From Camelus dromedarius (taxonomy: Eukaryota), in assembly GCF_036321535.1 (NCBI RefSeq), contig NC_087436.1:87422001-87486000 (forward strand): a stretch of DNA of 64,000 nucleotides, written 5' to 3'. Every line of letters starts with the position of its first letter. Positions within the stretch are counted from its first letter, which is position 1. Shown in pieces: positions 12,745-24,571 of the stretch. The position numbers were made by a program, and so were the translations under genes. The notes under the pieces were generated by a model that saw only the letters and a program-made list of their open reading frames with translations, made no database searches and was not told the DNA's origin.

Positions 12745-12957
12745 CAGTGATTCTCAACTGGAGTTGATTTTGCCCTCCAAGGGATGTTTGGCAACATCTG
12801 GAGACAGTTTTGATAAACTTCGTTGTTGGAAAGGGAGTAGAGATGCTCCTGTACCCAGAGGGCAGAAGCCAGGGTCTCAACATCCAACAATGCCCAGGGC
12901 AGCCCCTCACAACGACCAGATCCAAAATGTCAATAGTGCTGAGATGGAGAATCCCCG
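12745..12957. mobile_element. MER20 hAT-Charlie MITE
   Basis: Near full length: 'cagtgattctcaac...tttggcaacatctggagacagttttg...caaaatgtcaatagtgctgagatggagaa'. Confidence 0.85.
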
Positions 12958-13138
12958 GGCTGTACATATGCTTCCACCCTGTGCCTTAAAGCCAGAGAAC
13001 AGTTGTTGGATGACTTGATATCTGCTGATCCGCTGATACACACCTTGCAATCTTCTCCTGGATAGCTGAGCCAGATAGAGGGTGTGAAATCCCTTGCAGT
13101 AACCCTGGGGGAGGGGAAATCTCCTGAAGCATCTAAAC

Positions 13139-13314
13139 CGGTAGTTGTCAACGTGTGGTCCTCAGATCAGCAGTATCAGCGAATGCCAGGGAGCTTGTTA
13201 GAAGAGCAAAGGCGAGGGACCCCCAGATAGGCTGAATTGGTGGGGGCCGGTGATCTGCATTTTCACAAGCCCTCCTAGTGATTCAGACCCAGGCTGTAGT
13301 TTGAGAGCTGCTGA
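13139..13314. mobile_element. MER5A hAT MITE
   Basis: 'gtgtggtcctcagatcagcagtatcagc...gggagcttgttagaa...atctgcattttcacaagccctcctagtgattc...agtttgagagctgctg'. Confidence 0.75.
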
Positions 13315-13542
13315 CTGAACAATAGTCACGACTCAGATTTTTCCACGCGGCACCTGGAAAAAGCATTCGCTTGGGCTCAGCAGGGGGGACTCCTGGCAAT
13401 GTTTGTAGCCCAGGAATCTCCCTGCCAGCAGCTCTATGCTTCAAGGAGCTTAGGCAACCTCTAGCTGCAGAAAGCCAATGTCATTATGCCTTAGACCTTC
13501 TATTACAAGACGCCTTGCTGAGAGCCACCTGGGGGGAGAAAT

Positions 13543-13557
13543 GCCACCAGATGGCAC
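13543..13557 (+). promoter_or_regulatory. CTCF-like motif
   Basis: GCCACCAGATGGCAC closely matches the CTCF core CCASYAGRKGGCRS; motif match only. Confidence 0.55.
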
Positions 13558-14149
13558 ACATTCAGATGCGATTAGGCGTTTTGGATGACAGGTTTTTGTA
13601 GCAGAGGAGAGTGTGAGCTTAACTTTCCCCCAACGAGGGGCTGGCTCCAGGGTCCATGGCCCCCCAGGCATGGCAGGGCGGGGAGCAGTACTCTCGCTGG
13701 CTGGAACATCCTCAAGGGATGCAGTGGAGGCAGAAGTGAGGGTGGATAGGTACAGAAATTTCCAGAACCCGAGATTTTTCCTTCAAGAGAGGCTCCTCAG
13801 TTTCCAGACATTTACTAATGGGCCCAAGTTCAAACCCAATGGGAAGAGAATACAGCAAACCCCTTCGGTATACCGGGTCTTTATCTGGTCCTTTCTCGGA
13901 CTTGTGCTCTGATCATGTGGCCCTGGGAAACCTTAGTTAACCTTCTCTAGACCAACAATGCTTCATAAGTAACTTTGGAGGAATAGTACCTTTCCACTAC
14001 TTCACCACAATATTTTTTACTTAATAAATATGTTTTACACACATACTAAGTGGTGTGGAAATTTGTAAGTGGGTATTGAAGATGTATGATGCTAAATCGG
14101 TTGGAAATACACTCATACGCTCAATTGTTTGTAACATAAAGTGATAACT

Positions 14150-14612
14150 GCTGAATGAAGCCTGATGGGAGCCCTGGAAGGGAGACATGGAGGTCCTCCC
14201 CTGCGCTCCAGTCCCCCTTGTTCTGATAGCAGCACCCAGTTCAACATTGGGTAACTAGGCTTCTCCCATTGGACCCAGTCTTGGTGGAAGTGTCCATTGA
14301 GCTGTACAGCTCTTCCCCGGCTGAGGGCAGGATTGGAAGCCGTGCTAGTCCAATCATTCACTTTGTCCCTGGAATTACATTTTTGAGCTAATGACACAAA
14401 GGCTGAAAAACATTTACATTTCTTTTTTTTTTTTTTTTTCCCCCACAGGGAAAGTATGAAAGGCTGTTTCTATTTCCTGGATCCCAGCACTGCTTTCTGA
14501 GAAATTTTTGCTTTTCTTTCAGTGCTGGGAGAACCCAATATGCAGCCAATAAATGCCTTCTTCCTGACCCAGTTGTTTCTGTTGCTCACAACCAGGGGAT
14601 TCTAACTAACAC
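14150..14612 (+). mobile_element. Old MaLR MLT1 (J/K-like) LTR
   Basis: 3' end 'gccaataaatgccttcttc...tttctgttgctcacaaccagggg attctaactaacaca' is typical of MLT1; 5' boundary approximate. Confidence 0.6.
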
Positions 14613-14654
14613 AGAGACTGTGAATATCAAATGGGCAAAGGTAAATTCACAGGA

Positions 14655-15380
14655 AGCTCTCTGAGCTTAGGCACTGGGACCCTTACTGGCACAGGCCCTT
14701 CCAAGGCACTCGGATGAGTCCTGGCGATGTGTTCATATGGCTGCATGTTTTCATAGGAAAAGGAAGATTTTAATAGCAAGTGGTTAAGACCTCCACTCCT
14801 TTCTTACCTGGCTTTCCCTTTATCAGTTTCCCCTTGTCTTAGGTGAAAATGGAGTCACTAAAAGCATTCTGAGAACTCAGCTCAGGGGAAGCTGGGTTAA
14901 GAATATATTTAGTTTGAGTTTAATGGAATAATTATTAGATTTTCGGTCATTTTCAGATTTAATAAAGTTATTTCTAGTCATTCCACTTTAGGAAAACCAC
15001 AGGTTTTATGCATCCTAAGCCACCTATAATTTTAAAAAATTTTGATTAACCATGTTGGAGGAATAACTAAATTATATGACAATTCCTCTATTGAAAAGTT
15101 ATATTATAAATAATATTATTAAAGTGTTGATACATGAAGAGGTGATAAAAGAGTATGCAGACAAAAAAAAGTTAAGGAAAAGTCATATAAAGGCATATCA
15201 GGTATTTAGTTAATTAATTGATTTTTCTAATGTCATATTGGTCAGCTTTTCAAAACTTGAATTTGTAATTTTTCCCATTCTAAATAAATATGCATGTTTA
15301 CATCTCATTTTGTATTCTTTTCTTAAAGAAAGCCTTCCAGACTGAATAAGGATCAGGCCCACAACACAAGATCCACCCCT
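14655..15380 (+). mobile_element. hAT-Tip100 (Zaphod-like) DNA transposon relic with transposase C-terminal remnant
   Basis: About 15048-15170 translates with a stop and frameshift to TMLEE*LNYMTI...IIKVLIHEEVIKEYADKK, resembling the hAT dimerisation-domain end; terminus 'gatccacccctg' at ~15380. Confidence 0.6.
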
Positions 15381-15545
15381 GAAACCCCTGAATATAAGAT
15401 CATGTATGGGATATATGGTGTGCCTTGGGAAACTGACTCACTGTGTCAATGTAAAGGATAACATACTCATCCATCAGACACTTTACTGGAAGCTGACTTT
15501 ATGCAAGGCACTGGGTAGGTACCAATGATACAAAGTGGAAAAATC

Positions 15546-15737
15546 CAGTGGTTCCAGACCTGGCTGGGCATCAGAACATTGAAGAGCTTTTAAAGTGTAT
15601 ACTTGTCTGATTCCAAATGAGACCCACTAAACACAACTATCTAGATGGAGCCTATGAATCTTTATTTTTAACAAATTCCTCAAGGGATTTTATACAGCTA
15701 AACCAGCATTGGTCCTCCAGCAATCAGAAAGCACTGG
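15546..15737. mobile_element. MER5-family hAT MITE inserted in an L2 relic
   Basis: 'cagtggttc...gggcatcagaa...gagcttttaaa...atctttatttttaacaaattcctcaagggatt'. Confidence 0.6.
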
Positions 15738-16059
15738 AATGAGAGGCTGTCCTTGCTGCCTGCAAATCACTTAAATTCCAGTGGGGAGTCCCATAATTAT
15801 GGTACTATGTGATAAAGGCTATGAGAGAGATATAGGCATCTGAGAAACAGAGAATTCACTGACATGTATGTCAGATTAGAAGGTTAGGGAAGTTTTCCTT
15901 GAGGAGGTGATGCTTATACAGGACCCCTTTCTGGTTAAATCAAGGAAAAGTGATTCCTTTCTTTCCCCAGTTTAAGTTTGTACTTTCACATCCTAAAGGT
16001 AAAATGGCTGACCCTGGCTGACTGTTTCCTAGTGTGTCCGCACCAGCCAACATGGTAGC

Positions 16060-16210
16060 CCCATCACTGTCTGTATTTTTTATAGATGAGGAGATTAAGG
16101 CTCATAGGGGTTAAGCAGTCTTCCCCCAACTCACACAACTAAGTGTTGGACCGAAGCACTCAGCACTCGCAGTCTGACTCCAAGTTCACGTTCTTCCCAC
16201 CTCAATATAC
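16060..16210 (-). mobile_element. MIR SINE
   Basis: 'attttttatagatgaggagattaaggctcataggggttaagcagtctt'. Confidence 0.7.
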
Positions 16211-16264
16211 ACCACCTCCATCTCATCACACACAGCACCATACAGGGCATCAGCCTCCAGGACC

Positions 16265-16415
16265 TCACTACTCAAAATGGGATCTGAAGACTAGCCATGG
16301 GGTCACCAGGGAGCTTGTTAGAAGGGCAAAACTATAGATCTATTGAATCAGAATCTGCATTTTTAGAAGGTCTGGGGGGATCTGTGTGCACTGCGGAGTG
16401 AGAGGAACACTGTTC
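16265..16415. mobile_element. MER5A-like MITE
   Basis: 'caccagggagcttgttagaa...tgaatcagaatctgcatttt'. Confidence 0.6.
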
Positions 16416-16612
16416 TGGAAAAAAGGGGGCAGAGGAAGAGGGAAGCTTCCTTCTTACAGACACAGGCCAGCCTCCTCCCAAGGAGGTTAGGATATATGAA
16501 AACATTTTTCTCCAGAGGAGGGAATTTCCAAAGGTGTAAAAAAGGATGCTATTTCCACTGAAATTTCTCACTCAGAGGTTCTATTTCCCCCACTCTGTTT
16601 TGAAGGTCTAAA

Positions 16613-17058
16613 CCTGCATTGTCCAATATGGTGGCAAATGGCCATATGTGGCAACTGAGCTGTTGAAATGTGTCCCATTGAGATGTGCTCTCAGTGTAAA
16701 ATACATACCAGATTTTGAAGACAGTATAAAAGAGAATAATTTTTCATTGATAATTACTTATACTGATTGCAGGTTGAACTGATAGTTTTTGGGAATATAT
16801 TGGGTTAGATAAAAATGCACTATTACAATTAAGTTTACCTAGTTCCTTTAATTTTTTAAAGTTTTTTTTTTTTTAATGGAGGCACTGTGGCTTGAACCCA
16901 GGACCATGTGTATGCTAAACATGGACTCTATCACTGAGCTCTACCCTCCCCTCTTCTTTTAATTTTTTTAATGTAGCTTTTAGAGCATTGTAAATCACAT
17001 TTGTCCAAGGACAGCAAGCATTTGGGGCTTGTATAATATTTCTGTTGCAAAGCATGGA
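16613..17058. mobile_element. MER33-like hAT MITE interrupted by a tRNA-SINE
   Basis: 'ttgtccaatatggtggc...ttgaaatgtg...agtgtaaaatacataccagattttgaagac...tattgggttagataaaa'; homology resumes after 16954. Confidence 0.75.
16858..16953 (-). mobile_element. tRNA-Ala-derived SINE (camelid-type)
   Basis: Reverse complement gives GGGGAGGGTAGAGCTCAGTG...GGTCCTGGGTTCAAGCC...CCTCCATTAAAA. A ~15-bp TSD ttcctttaatttttt / ttcttttaatttttt lies at 16843-16857 and 16954-16968. Confidence 0.88.
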
Positions 17059-18929
17059 CCTAACTCTTATGTTTCAGCCATAAATGAGGACTGAAATCTC
17101 TCTACTTTTCTATCAAGTGATGAAAAGTAACAGCAGATTCTTACTCTAGGGAAATTTGTGAGATCCTTGAGGTCAGTTTGGAGTCCAAGCATGGTCCTTT
17201 CCACATGGGCTGAGAAGAAGAGAGTTCATGCTTATCTCTGTGGGTCTGACAAAATGGCAGAGCTGGTCTCTATTTGCCAAAGGGCTTTGGATTTGGGGCT
17301 GGAGAGGAGTCAGTTTCTGAGAAGCAAGGTGGGAGAGCTGGAGAATGAAGGAGGCCTCCACAGGACAGGGGAAGGTAGATGTATACCCCACGCATTGGCT
17401 TCTTGAGGGTAATACCACCATTTGCCTCCATGAGTCCTTGTTGGCTCAGAGCAAGCTTAGTTGTCTTACAACCTAAATGGACAGAGAACACATTGATGGA
17501 ATAAATATTAAATTGCATCTCTGTGAATTATTTACATAAAGGTTAACAGAAAAAGAAAAAAAATGCAGAGCAAGGCATCTTTTTTATACAATGGCCTTTC
17601 AAATACACATGCTGGGATTATATACGAGGCAAACCAAATGAGGAGAATGAGCTGAGTACTTCCTGGAGACCAGAGCTGCAGACCATATGGAGTTTTCCAG
17701 CCCTGCTAAGGTTGGCTTCATAGTGAAATAATTTTCAGCTGCTCCTTCAAACTGCTGCTTTCGGCCAGGTTCAATGGCTTAGTTCCTCAGCTCAAGAAGT
17801 GGGGAGATCACTGAAGGCTGCATTTTAAAAACCAAAACAAAACCTTGCTAAATGTGTTCCAGCTTTTCCTGTCCTAGCCCAGACGGCTGCTTTTTGGAGC
17901 TCATGGATGTCAAGGCTATAGAATATTTCAAATAGGAAAGGGGCACCTATGATTTTCTAGTCAGTAAGAAGGGGGCTCGTCTTTTGGGGGGTGGCGAATT
18001 ATAAAACACTGATTATATAGAAGAAAATATGTGATGTTTGTCATTAAGTAACAGTAGATGGGAGTAGGGACAAAATGTTGGTGTCAGTGGATGAATCCCA
18101 GGCTTGGTCTTTATTTTGTGGGTTGGATATTAATTACACCCAAGCTCTCCCTTAAAATATTTAGAGAGTGAGGGACAACCTGTGCTTTTAGCAAAGAAAC
18201 AGAAATAAATTTGTGACAAGATCCATTATGTGACATAACTTGGCAACGTAATTTAGTGCTAGTGGGTAGGAAGGAAAATCCTATAAGAGGAATTAGAAGA
18301 GGCTTTTCAGATTTTGCATTGTTTGTTAGAGCAATGTCTTGCAGTAATGTCTTGTAGGGAATAGACGAGCAGTACTAATACTAGGTACCTTTTTTGGAAA
18401 CATGCTTTATGCCAGACCCTGCTTCAGACACTTTCACACATTTATTCTGATTTTCACATTAAGCCTGCCAGATTTGTTTCATGTCATTCTCTTTCTAAAG
18501 ATAGGCTGTATGTTTAAGCTGTGTTAAGGGGAAGAGGTAAGGCCAAATAGAGGGAAAATAAATGTAGAAAGACATCACATTTGTAATTTATTTGCATGAT
18601 TGTCAAGAGTCTTATAGGAGATTACATTGATGTCACAGAGAACCTCGTAAAAAGTTATGAAACAATTATCTCAGAGATCATGGAATAGAAGATCTCACAA
18701 ACAATATTAAGATGCTTGAGTCAATTTAAAACACACAGCAAGTAGCTAGGGGAAAGATTTGGGATAGGATAATACGCAGAGGTTATAGGATGGAAGGGCT
18801 ACACACCTGGATTCCTGATTGATTGGGCAATGTTTACATGCTATTTATCACATCAGCCTTTCTCAAGATGGTGTGACTACAAAGACCAGAGTCAAGGTTT
18901 GAGTAAGGGGGCCCCTAAGGAGAAAGATG

Positions 18930-19727
18930 CAAGCATAACTCATTTTATTGAGCTTTGCTTATTGTACTTCACAGATGTTGTGGTGTTTTTTGTTTGCTTT
19001 TGTTTTTGTTTTCAAATTGAAGTTTTGTGGCAACTCTGCATTGAGCAAGTCTGTTGGCATCATTTTTCCAACAGCATTTGCTCACTTCATGTCTCTGTGT
19101 CACATTTTGGTAATTTGCACAATATTCCAAACTTTTTCATTATTAGTATATTTGTTATGGTGATCTGTGGTGAGTGATCTTTGATGTTACTATTGTAATT
19201 GCTTTGGGGTACCACAAACCATACCCATAAAAGACAGTGAACTTAATTGATAAATATGTGTGTTCTGGCTGCTCAACCAACTGGCTGTTCTACTGTGGGT
19301 AGAATGCTATCAAATAGCATTGCATGCCACAGAGAAGTCATTTGTGAAAGGAATCATCAATCAATGTGGCAAACTTCATTGTTGTCTTATTTTAAGAAAT
19401 TGCCACAGCCGCCCCAACCTTCAGCATTCACCGCCCTGATCAGTCAGCACCATCAACATTGAGACAAGACCCTCCATCAGCAAAAAGATTATGATTCACT
19501 GAAGGCTCAGATGATGGTTAACATTTTTTAGCAATTAAGTATTGTTAACAAAGGTAAGTATATTTTTTAGATGTAATGCAATTGTATACTTCATAGACTA
19601 CAGTATAATGTAACTATAACTTATATTGACAGGGACACCAAAAAATTTGTGTGACTCACTCTATTGTGATATTTGCTTTATTGTGGTGGTCTGGAATCGA
19701 ATCCACAGTATCTTGGATCTATGCCCG
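18930..19727 (+). mobile_element. Tigger1 (TcMar) internal-deletion derivative
   Basis: Both Tigger1 ends are present (caagcataactcattttattg...; ...tatgcccg) with TG/TA flanks (decayed TA TSD). Most of the transposase is deleted, with the junction at GTTC 19287-19290. Confidence 0.9.
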
Positions 19728-20478
19728 TACTTGGGACCAAAATACACACTTGCTTTATAGGACAGATGCAGGAACAAGCCCCCTTGACCACAGTGGTAGT
19801 TGGCCAATCACCTTGATGTGCACCTTTGAATTATGCCTGTGCTTCATGGGCAGAAGACACATGGGAACAGAGTGGATATCACCACTGGGTGGCCGCATTA
19901 AAACTCTATCAATATTAAAGGCCTCATATGCCTTGTGTCTATTTAGTGTTTCATGATTATTTGGTGTCTCATGAATATTAAGTTTCTCCTGGTCTTTCCA
20001 TTCCTTTCTATGTTCAACATTGATGCACTCTACTTACTAACTTACATTTATTTAATGTATCTTCTAAATTCTGGATACATCTCACAATCTAGTTACTTAT
20101 TAATTATCTATACTTACCATATTTCATGCATTTTATATCATCTATAGTAGAATAGAATATTTGCAAATGATTTGCAAACTGGAAACGTACACCACGATGG
20201 TTTAGACCATTTCCATTGGGATAGAAGCTCCCTCAAGTTAGACCTCGTCTGTCTTGTTTATTGCTGTATCTTTAGTGTCTAGTGTATTATGGGTGCTCTT
20301 TAAATTGTTGAATGAGTGAATGAACATCATAGAAATCAGGAAATACAGAGAATAATTAGACTGAAGAAAGGAAAGAAGTGCATTGGTCAAAATCTTCCTC
20401 TACTACAAGCCACACGTATTTGCTAAGGTTCGGATGCCTTCTTCCCTTGTTTTGACCATGTCTGTGCTGCTGCCAGAG

Positions 20479-20673
20479 CAGTGCCTCCCCAAATGTGGCC
20501 CCCAGACCAGTGGGATCAGCATCATCTGGGAACTTGGTAGAAATGCACATTCTCAGCTTCCCAGACCTCTTCCCCATCTACTGAATCAGACACCCAGAGA
20601 GTGGGCCCAGCCATCTGTATTTCCGCAAGACCTCCAGGTGATTGCCACCTGTGCTCCAATTTGAGAACCACTG
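20479..20673. mobile_element. MER5A hAT MITE, full length
   Basis: CAGTG...CACTG termini; 'atcagcatcatctgggaacttggtagaaatgcacattctc...ctactgaatcagacac'. Confidence 0.85.
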
Positions 20674-21167
20674 TGCTCGAATCTTGTGGTGTTAAAGTGT
20701 TTTATCTCAAGACACCTTCCTGCCAGGATACTGTGTTTCTCCCCTCTGGAAGCAGGAATCCAGTTTCATTTGTCTGTAAATGAAACCATATATGTGTTTG
20801 CAGCCTCTCAGGATAATGATGTTTCCTCACTGACAAAAGCCACATGAGAAAGTCCCACCCGGACTCCCACAGGCTGGGGACAACTTACATGCCAGCTCTT
20901 TCTAGAGTGACAATTCAACCAGGGAAACAGGAAAGAAGGACGAATAGAAGAAGAAACGATCAGGACAAAGCTAACCATGTGAGGGATTTCCTCTAAGGTT
21001 CCTCAGAAGCTCAGACATGCACTATCTTGATGAAGAGCACCCTGTTTTATTAGCTTCCCAGTCTTTACCAGCAGGCTTGGAGCCTTTGGGTGAAAATAGA
21101 TGTAACTGGAGCCCAATGGGTGGCAGGTCACAGAAAGTAGGGCCTGTAAGGGAATTCAGCATCACAT

Positions 21168-21606
21168 TGTTACCAGCTAGGGTTCTTGGCCTCCTTAATC
21201 AATAGAAATTGATGAGAGGTCAGACAAAAAACTCAGCCAAGGCTTTATTGGGACTTGTGCTGCAGCATGAGGGAGCAAAAACAAGTAACAATTTCCTTTG
21301 CTCACTCTCTGAGCTGGTCTCTTAAATGGGGTGAGGGTGGGGCAAAGGGTTGGCTTAGGTGGTCTGCCCACCCACTTGGGGGTTCTGTGTGCAGGGATCA
21401 TGTGCAGTACCCCACCTTTGCTCCCAACACCTCAGAAGTGGCAATTGGTCTTTCCGTATCCTGTTCATAATTTGCCCCAACTGCCTATGCATGCAGTTAT
21501 CTTTAGTTCCTTGTAATTTCTTTGTATTCTGCCGCTCGAGGAGACATTTGTTCAGGTGCAAGCACTGCAGCAAAGAGTCCCAGGTTCCAGGCCCCAGCCT
21601 TCCTCA
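21168..21606 (-). mobile_element. ERV1-class solo LTR
   Basis: TG...CA termini, perfect 4-bp TSD ACAT (21164-21167, 21607-21610), minus-strand AATAAA at 21244-21249. Same family as 40780-41227. Confidence 0.88.
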
Positions 21607-21679
21607 ACATGCCTACAATAGTCAAGCACTGTGTTTGTCTTTCCATGAATTTTATCTTTTGGAATTATAAATATATTTT

Positions 21680-22120
21680 AAAATCATGCTCTGCTTAATT
21701 CTAATTATAAAAATAATGTTTGTTGCAAAAAATTTGGAAAACAGAAAAATATAAAGAAAAAAATTTGAATCATCCATCACCCACTGCTTAAAGATAACAA
21801 CTCAATATTTTAAGGTATTGTATTTGAGATAGATGGATAAATTAGTCATAGATAGATGTTCTAATAATATTGTTTACAGAGTAGGAACTCTTGATTTTGT
21901 TCTCATTTTGAATACTATATAATTCTTCATAAGCATCATTTTCAGTAGCTACCAAATATTCTGTCACATGTATTTTGTTTAGCCATTTTCCCATTATTAA
22001 AGATATAGGTGGTTTCTAATTTAAATCTAATATAAATAACATCTTTGGGTCTTTCCTGGCATCTTTAGGATCTCTTTCTTTAGGATTGAGTCTTAGAAGT
22101 GGAATTTACTAGATCAGATG
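21680..22120 (-). mobile_element. Ancient L1ME-like 3' fragment
   Basis: 'aaaatttggaaaacagaaaaatataaagaa...', 'agccattttcccattattaaagatataggtggtttc', 'cttagaagtggaattt'. Confidence 0.65.
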
Positions 22121-22149
22121 GCACCTTGTTGGTGTAGTGTGAGGTGGAA

Positions 22150-22300
22150 GGGCTGCATCTAGTCATGGAACTGGCGGTCAGGAGACCTAGGTTCCAACCC
22201 CAGGTTTGCCAGAGTTTCATTGTGTGGCCTTGAACAAGTCACTTCCTCTTTCTGGATGTGAGTGTTCTCCCATGTTATATGGGAGAATAGGAATAAGTCC
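22150..22300 (+). mobile_element. MIR SINE
   Basis: 'ggagacctaggttcc...tgtgtggccttgaacaagtcacttcctct'. Confidence 0.7.
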
Positions 22301-22421
22301 TTGCCTCTTGAATGGAAGTACTGTATCACTCAGCTGAAAAATGTAAACCAGCACTTCTGTATTAAAATAAATGCAATTATATTATGGAGCAATTGTAGAA
22401 TAAACATTTTAAAAACAAAAT

Positions 22422-23145
22422 AATTGGTGTACCCACTATGGAGAACACTATGAAGAGTCCTTAAAAAAGCTAAAAATAGAGTTACTATATGATCCAACAA
22501 TCCCACTCCTGGGTATATATCCAGAGAAAACTCTAACTCAAAAAGATACATGTACCCCAATGTTCATGGCAACACCACTTACAATAGCCAAGACAAGGAA
22601 GCAACCTAAATGTTCATTAACAGATGACTGGATAAAGAAGTTGTGGTATATATATACACAATGGAATACTACTTAGCCATAAAAAGGATGGGATAATGCC
22701 ATTTGCAGCCACATGGTTAGAACTAGAGATTATCATACTAAGTGAACTAAGGCAGACAGAGAAAGACAAATATCACATGATGTCACCTATATGTGGAATC
22801 TTAAAAAAAAATGATACAAATGAACTTATTTACAAATCAAAAATAGACTCACAGACATAGAAAACAAGCTATGGTTATCAAAGTGGAAATGGGGAGGGAT
22901 AAATTAGGAGAATGGTATTAACAGATACACACTACTATACATAAAATAGATAAACAGAAAGGTCCTACTGTATAGCACAGGGAACTATATCCAATATCTT
23001 ATAATAACCTATAATAGAAAAGAATCTGAAAAAGAATATACGTATATATGTATATGTAAAACTAAATCACTATACTGTATGTTATACCTGAAACTAACAC
23101 AGCATCATAAAGCAACTATATTTCAATAAAAAGAAAAAAAAAAAC
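22422..23145 (+). mobile_element. 5'-truncated LINE-1 3' end (artiodactyl-type 3'UTR)
   Basis: ORF2 C-terminal sequence ('atgatccaacaatcccactcctgggtatatatccagag'), 3'UTR 'cctactgtatagcacagggaactatatccaatatc', AATAAA and poly(A). Confidence 0.92.
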
Positions 23146-23627
23146 TCCAAAAAACTTCTTGCTTGCATTTGGCCCACTAGATTTCTCACACAGACCTCTC
23201 TCAGAGTATGTGTTCACTGTCTTTGGCCAAGAGGGGTATGTCAGTAGAAACATTTGAGAGGAATTGGCCAATGTGATCTCATCCTGCTTGCAGTCTGAAT
23301 ATTCTGTGCATACACGGTTCCTGGAATGTAAGTTCCAATACCGTTAGCAAATCTTCTAGGTCTATGATTTAGTTTTCATCCTGGGATTGGGATACTTTCA
23401 CACATTTTTCTACTGACCAGCTTCAGGTGGACTCAGGTTAAAAAATACTCCTGAATGTATTTTAAAACCTGATCAATCTGCCCTTAACCTACAGCTGCTT
23501 AACCACACACCACACTGGTTCATAGAAGCTCATTTTCAAGCAATTCTTCACTTACACAAAAATATTTATTTCTGTACAACACTCTTATGTGTCAGACAAC
23601 ATTATGAAAGGCCAAGTACAAAGATGA

Positions 23628-23681
23628 TCTAGCCCTGTCTTCTAGGAGTTAATCTCTAGCCCTGTCTTCTAGGAGTTAATC
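23628..23681. repeat. Perfect 27-bp tandem duplication
   Basis: tctagccctgtcttctaggagttaatc x2 (23628-23654, 23655-23681). Confidence 0.95.
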
Positions 23682-23970
23682 ATTTGTTTCCCACAAAGTA
23701 TCCCAGAAAACACCCAATGCAATAGGTATCATTTTTTTTGAAAGGTGTTCACATCAAATATGTTTGAGAAGTGTTGAGTTAAAGTAAGTTAAGCAGGTTT
23801 ATTTACTGCAGGACTTTTCAGAGCCTTTAATATGCTAATTTGCATTGTGAAGCCCCCACAGGGATATAAAGAATTCAGTATTCCTAAAGTTATTTTGTTT
23901 AGGAAACTCTTCATTTGTGAAGTATCTCCAAGAAACAGAGACTCAAGGTACCCAATCTGAGAAATGCTCA
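23682..23970. mobile_element. Charlie4-like hAT relic
   Basis: 'tttactgcaggacttttcagagcctttaatatgctaatttgcattgtga' resembles Charlie4a. Confidence 0.55.
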
Positions 23971-24571
23971 CCTTGTAAAATCTAATCAGCACATCTATTC
24001 AAAAAATAGGTTGTAGTTTATAGGTAGACAACAAAATACAGAGGGAACTGAAGACAGATTCTTCCTCTTGAAGAGCTTTCAGTCTAATAGGAAAGACAGT
24101 CCTGAAACACACACAGGGAATGTCCACAAACAAACAAATGAAAATCAACATGAAAGTGTGAGGAGAGATGTGGAATCAGCAGAAAATCAGGAAGGAAAAT
24201 GGATGAAACTAATTAAGGAAAGTTTCATGGCAGAAGTAGGGTTTGGAGACAGAATTTCTTTCACGAACTAAGATTCCAAAATTATTTTTCTTATGAAAAT
24301 AATGCATATTCATTAAGAAAATTTTTTCTTAAATTGCAGAAAAGTAAAATAACCCCTCCAAACACATACACATATGTATACAAACATACATACTTACAAA
24401 TGTGTGTGTGTATGTATATATTTTCTTCTTTTAATGAGGAATGATTTTTTACCAGTACTTTTAATATGCATAGGTTTAGGAGGAGTTATTTATAATAAGT
24501 ATAAATAAATATTGTTTGTTTTCTTGCTAAGGTAGGGAAAAGTTTGTGCTTCAAAGCTATGCATTGTTTTA

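Noticed and set aside
14420..14450. Strong splice acceptor (T)n-ccccacag
   Set aside because: It is a poly(T) expansion inside an MLT1 LTR with no convincing downstream donor or reading frame.
23832..23850. OCT4-SOX2 composite site
   Set aside because: The octamer is present, but CATTGT overlaps it in the wrong geometry, and the sequence is part of a Charlie4-like repeat.
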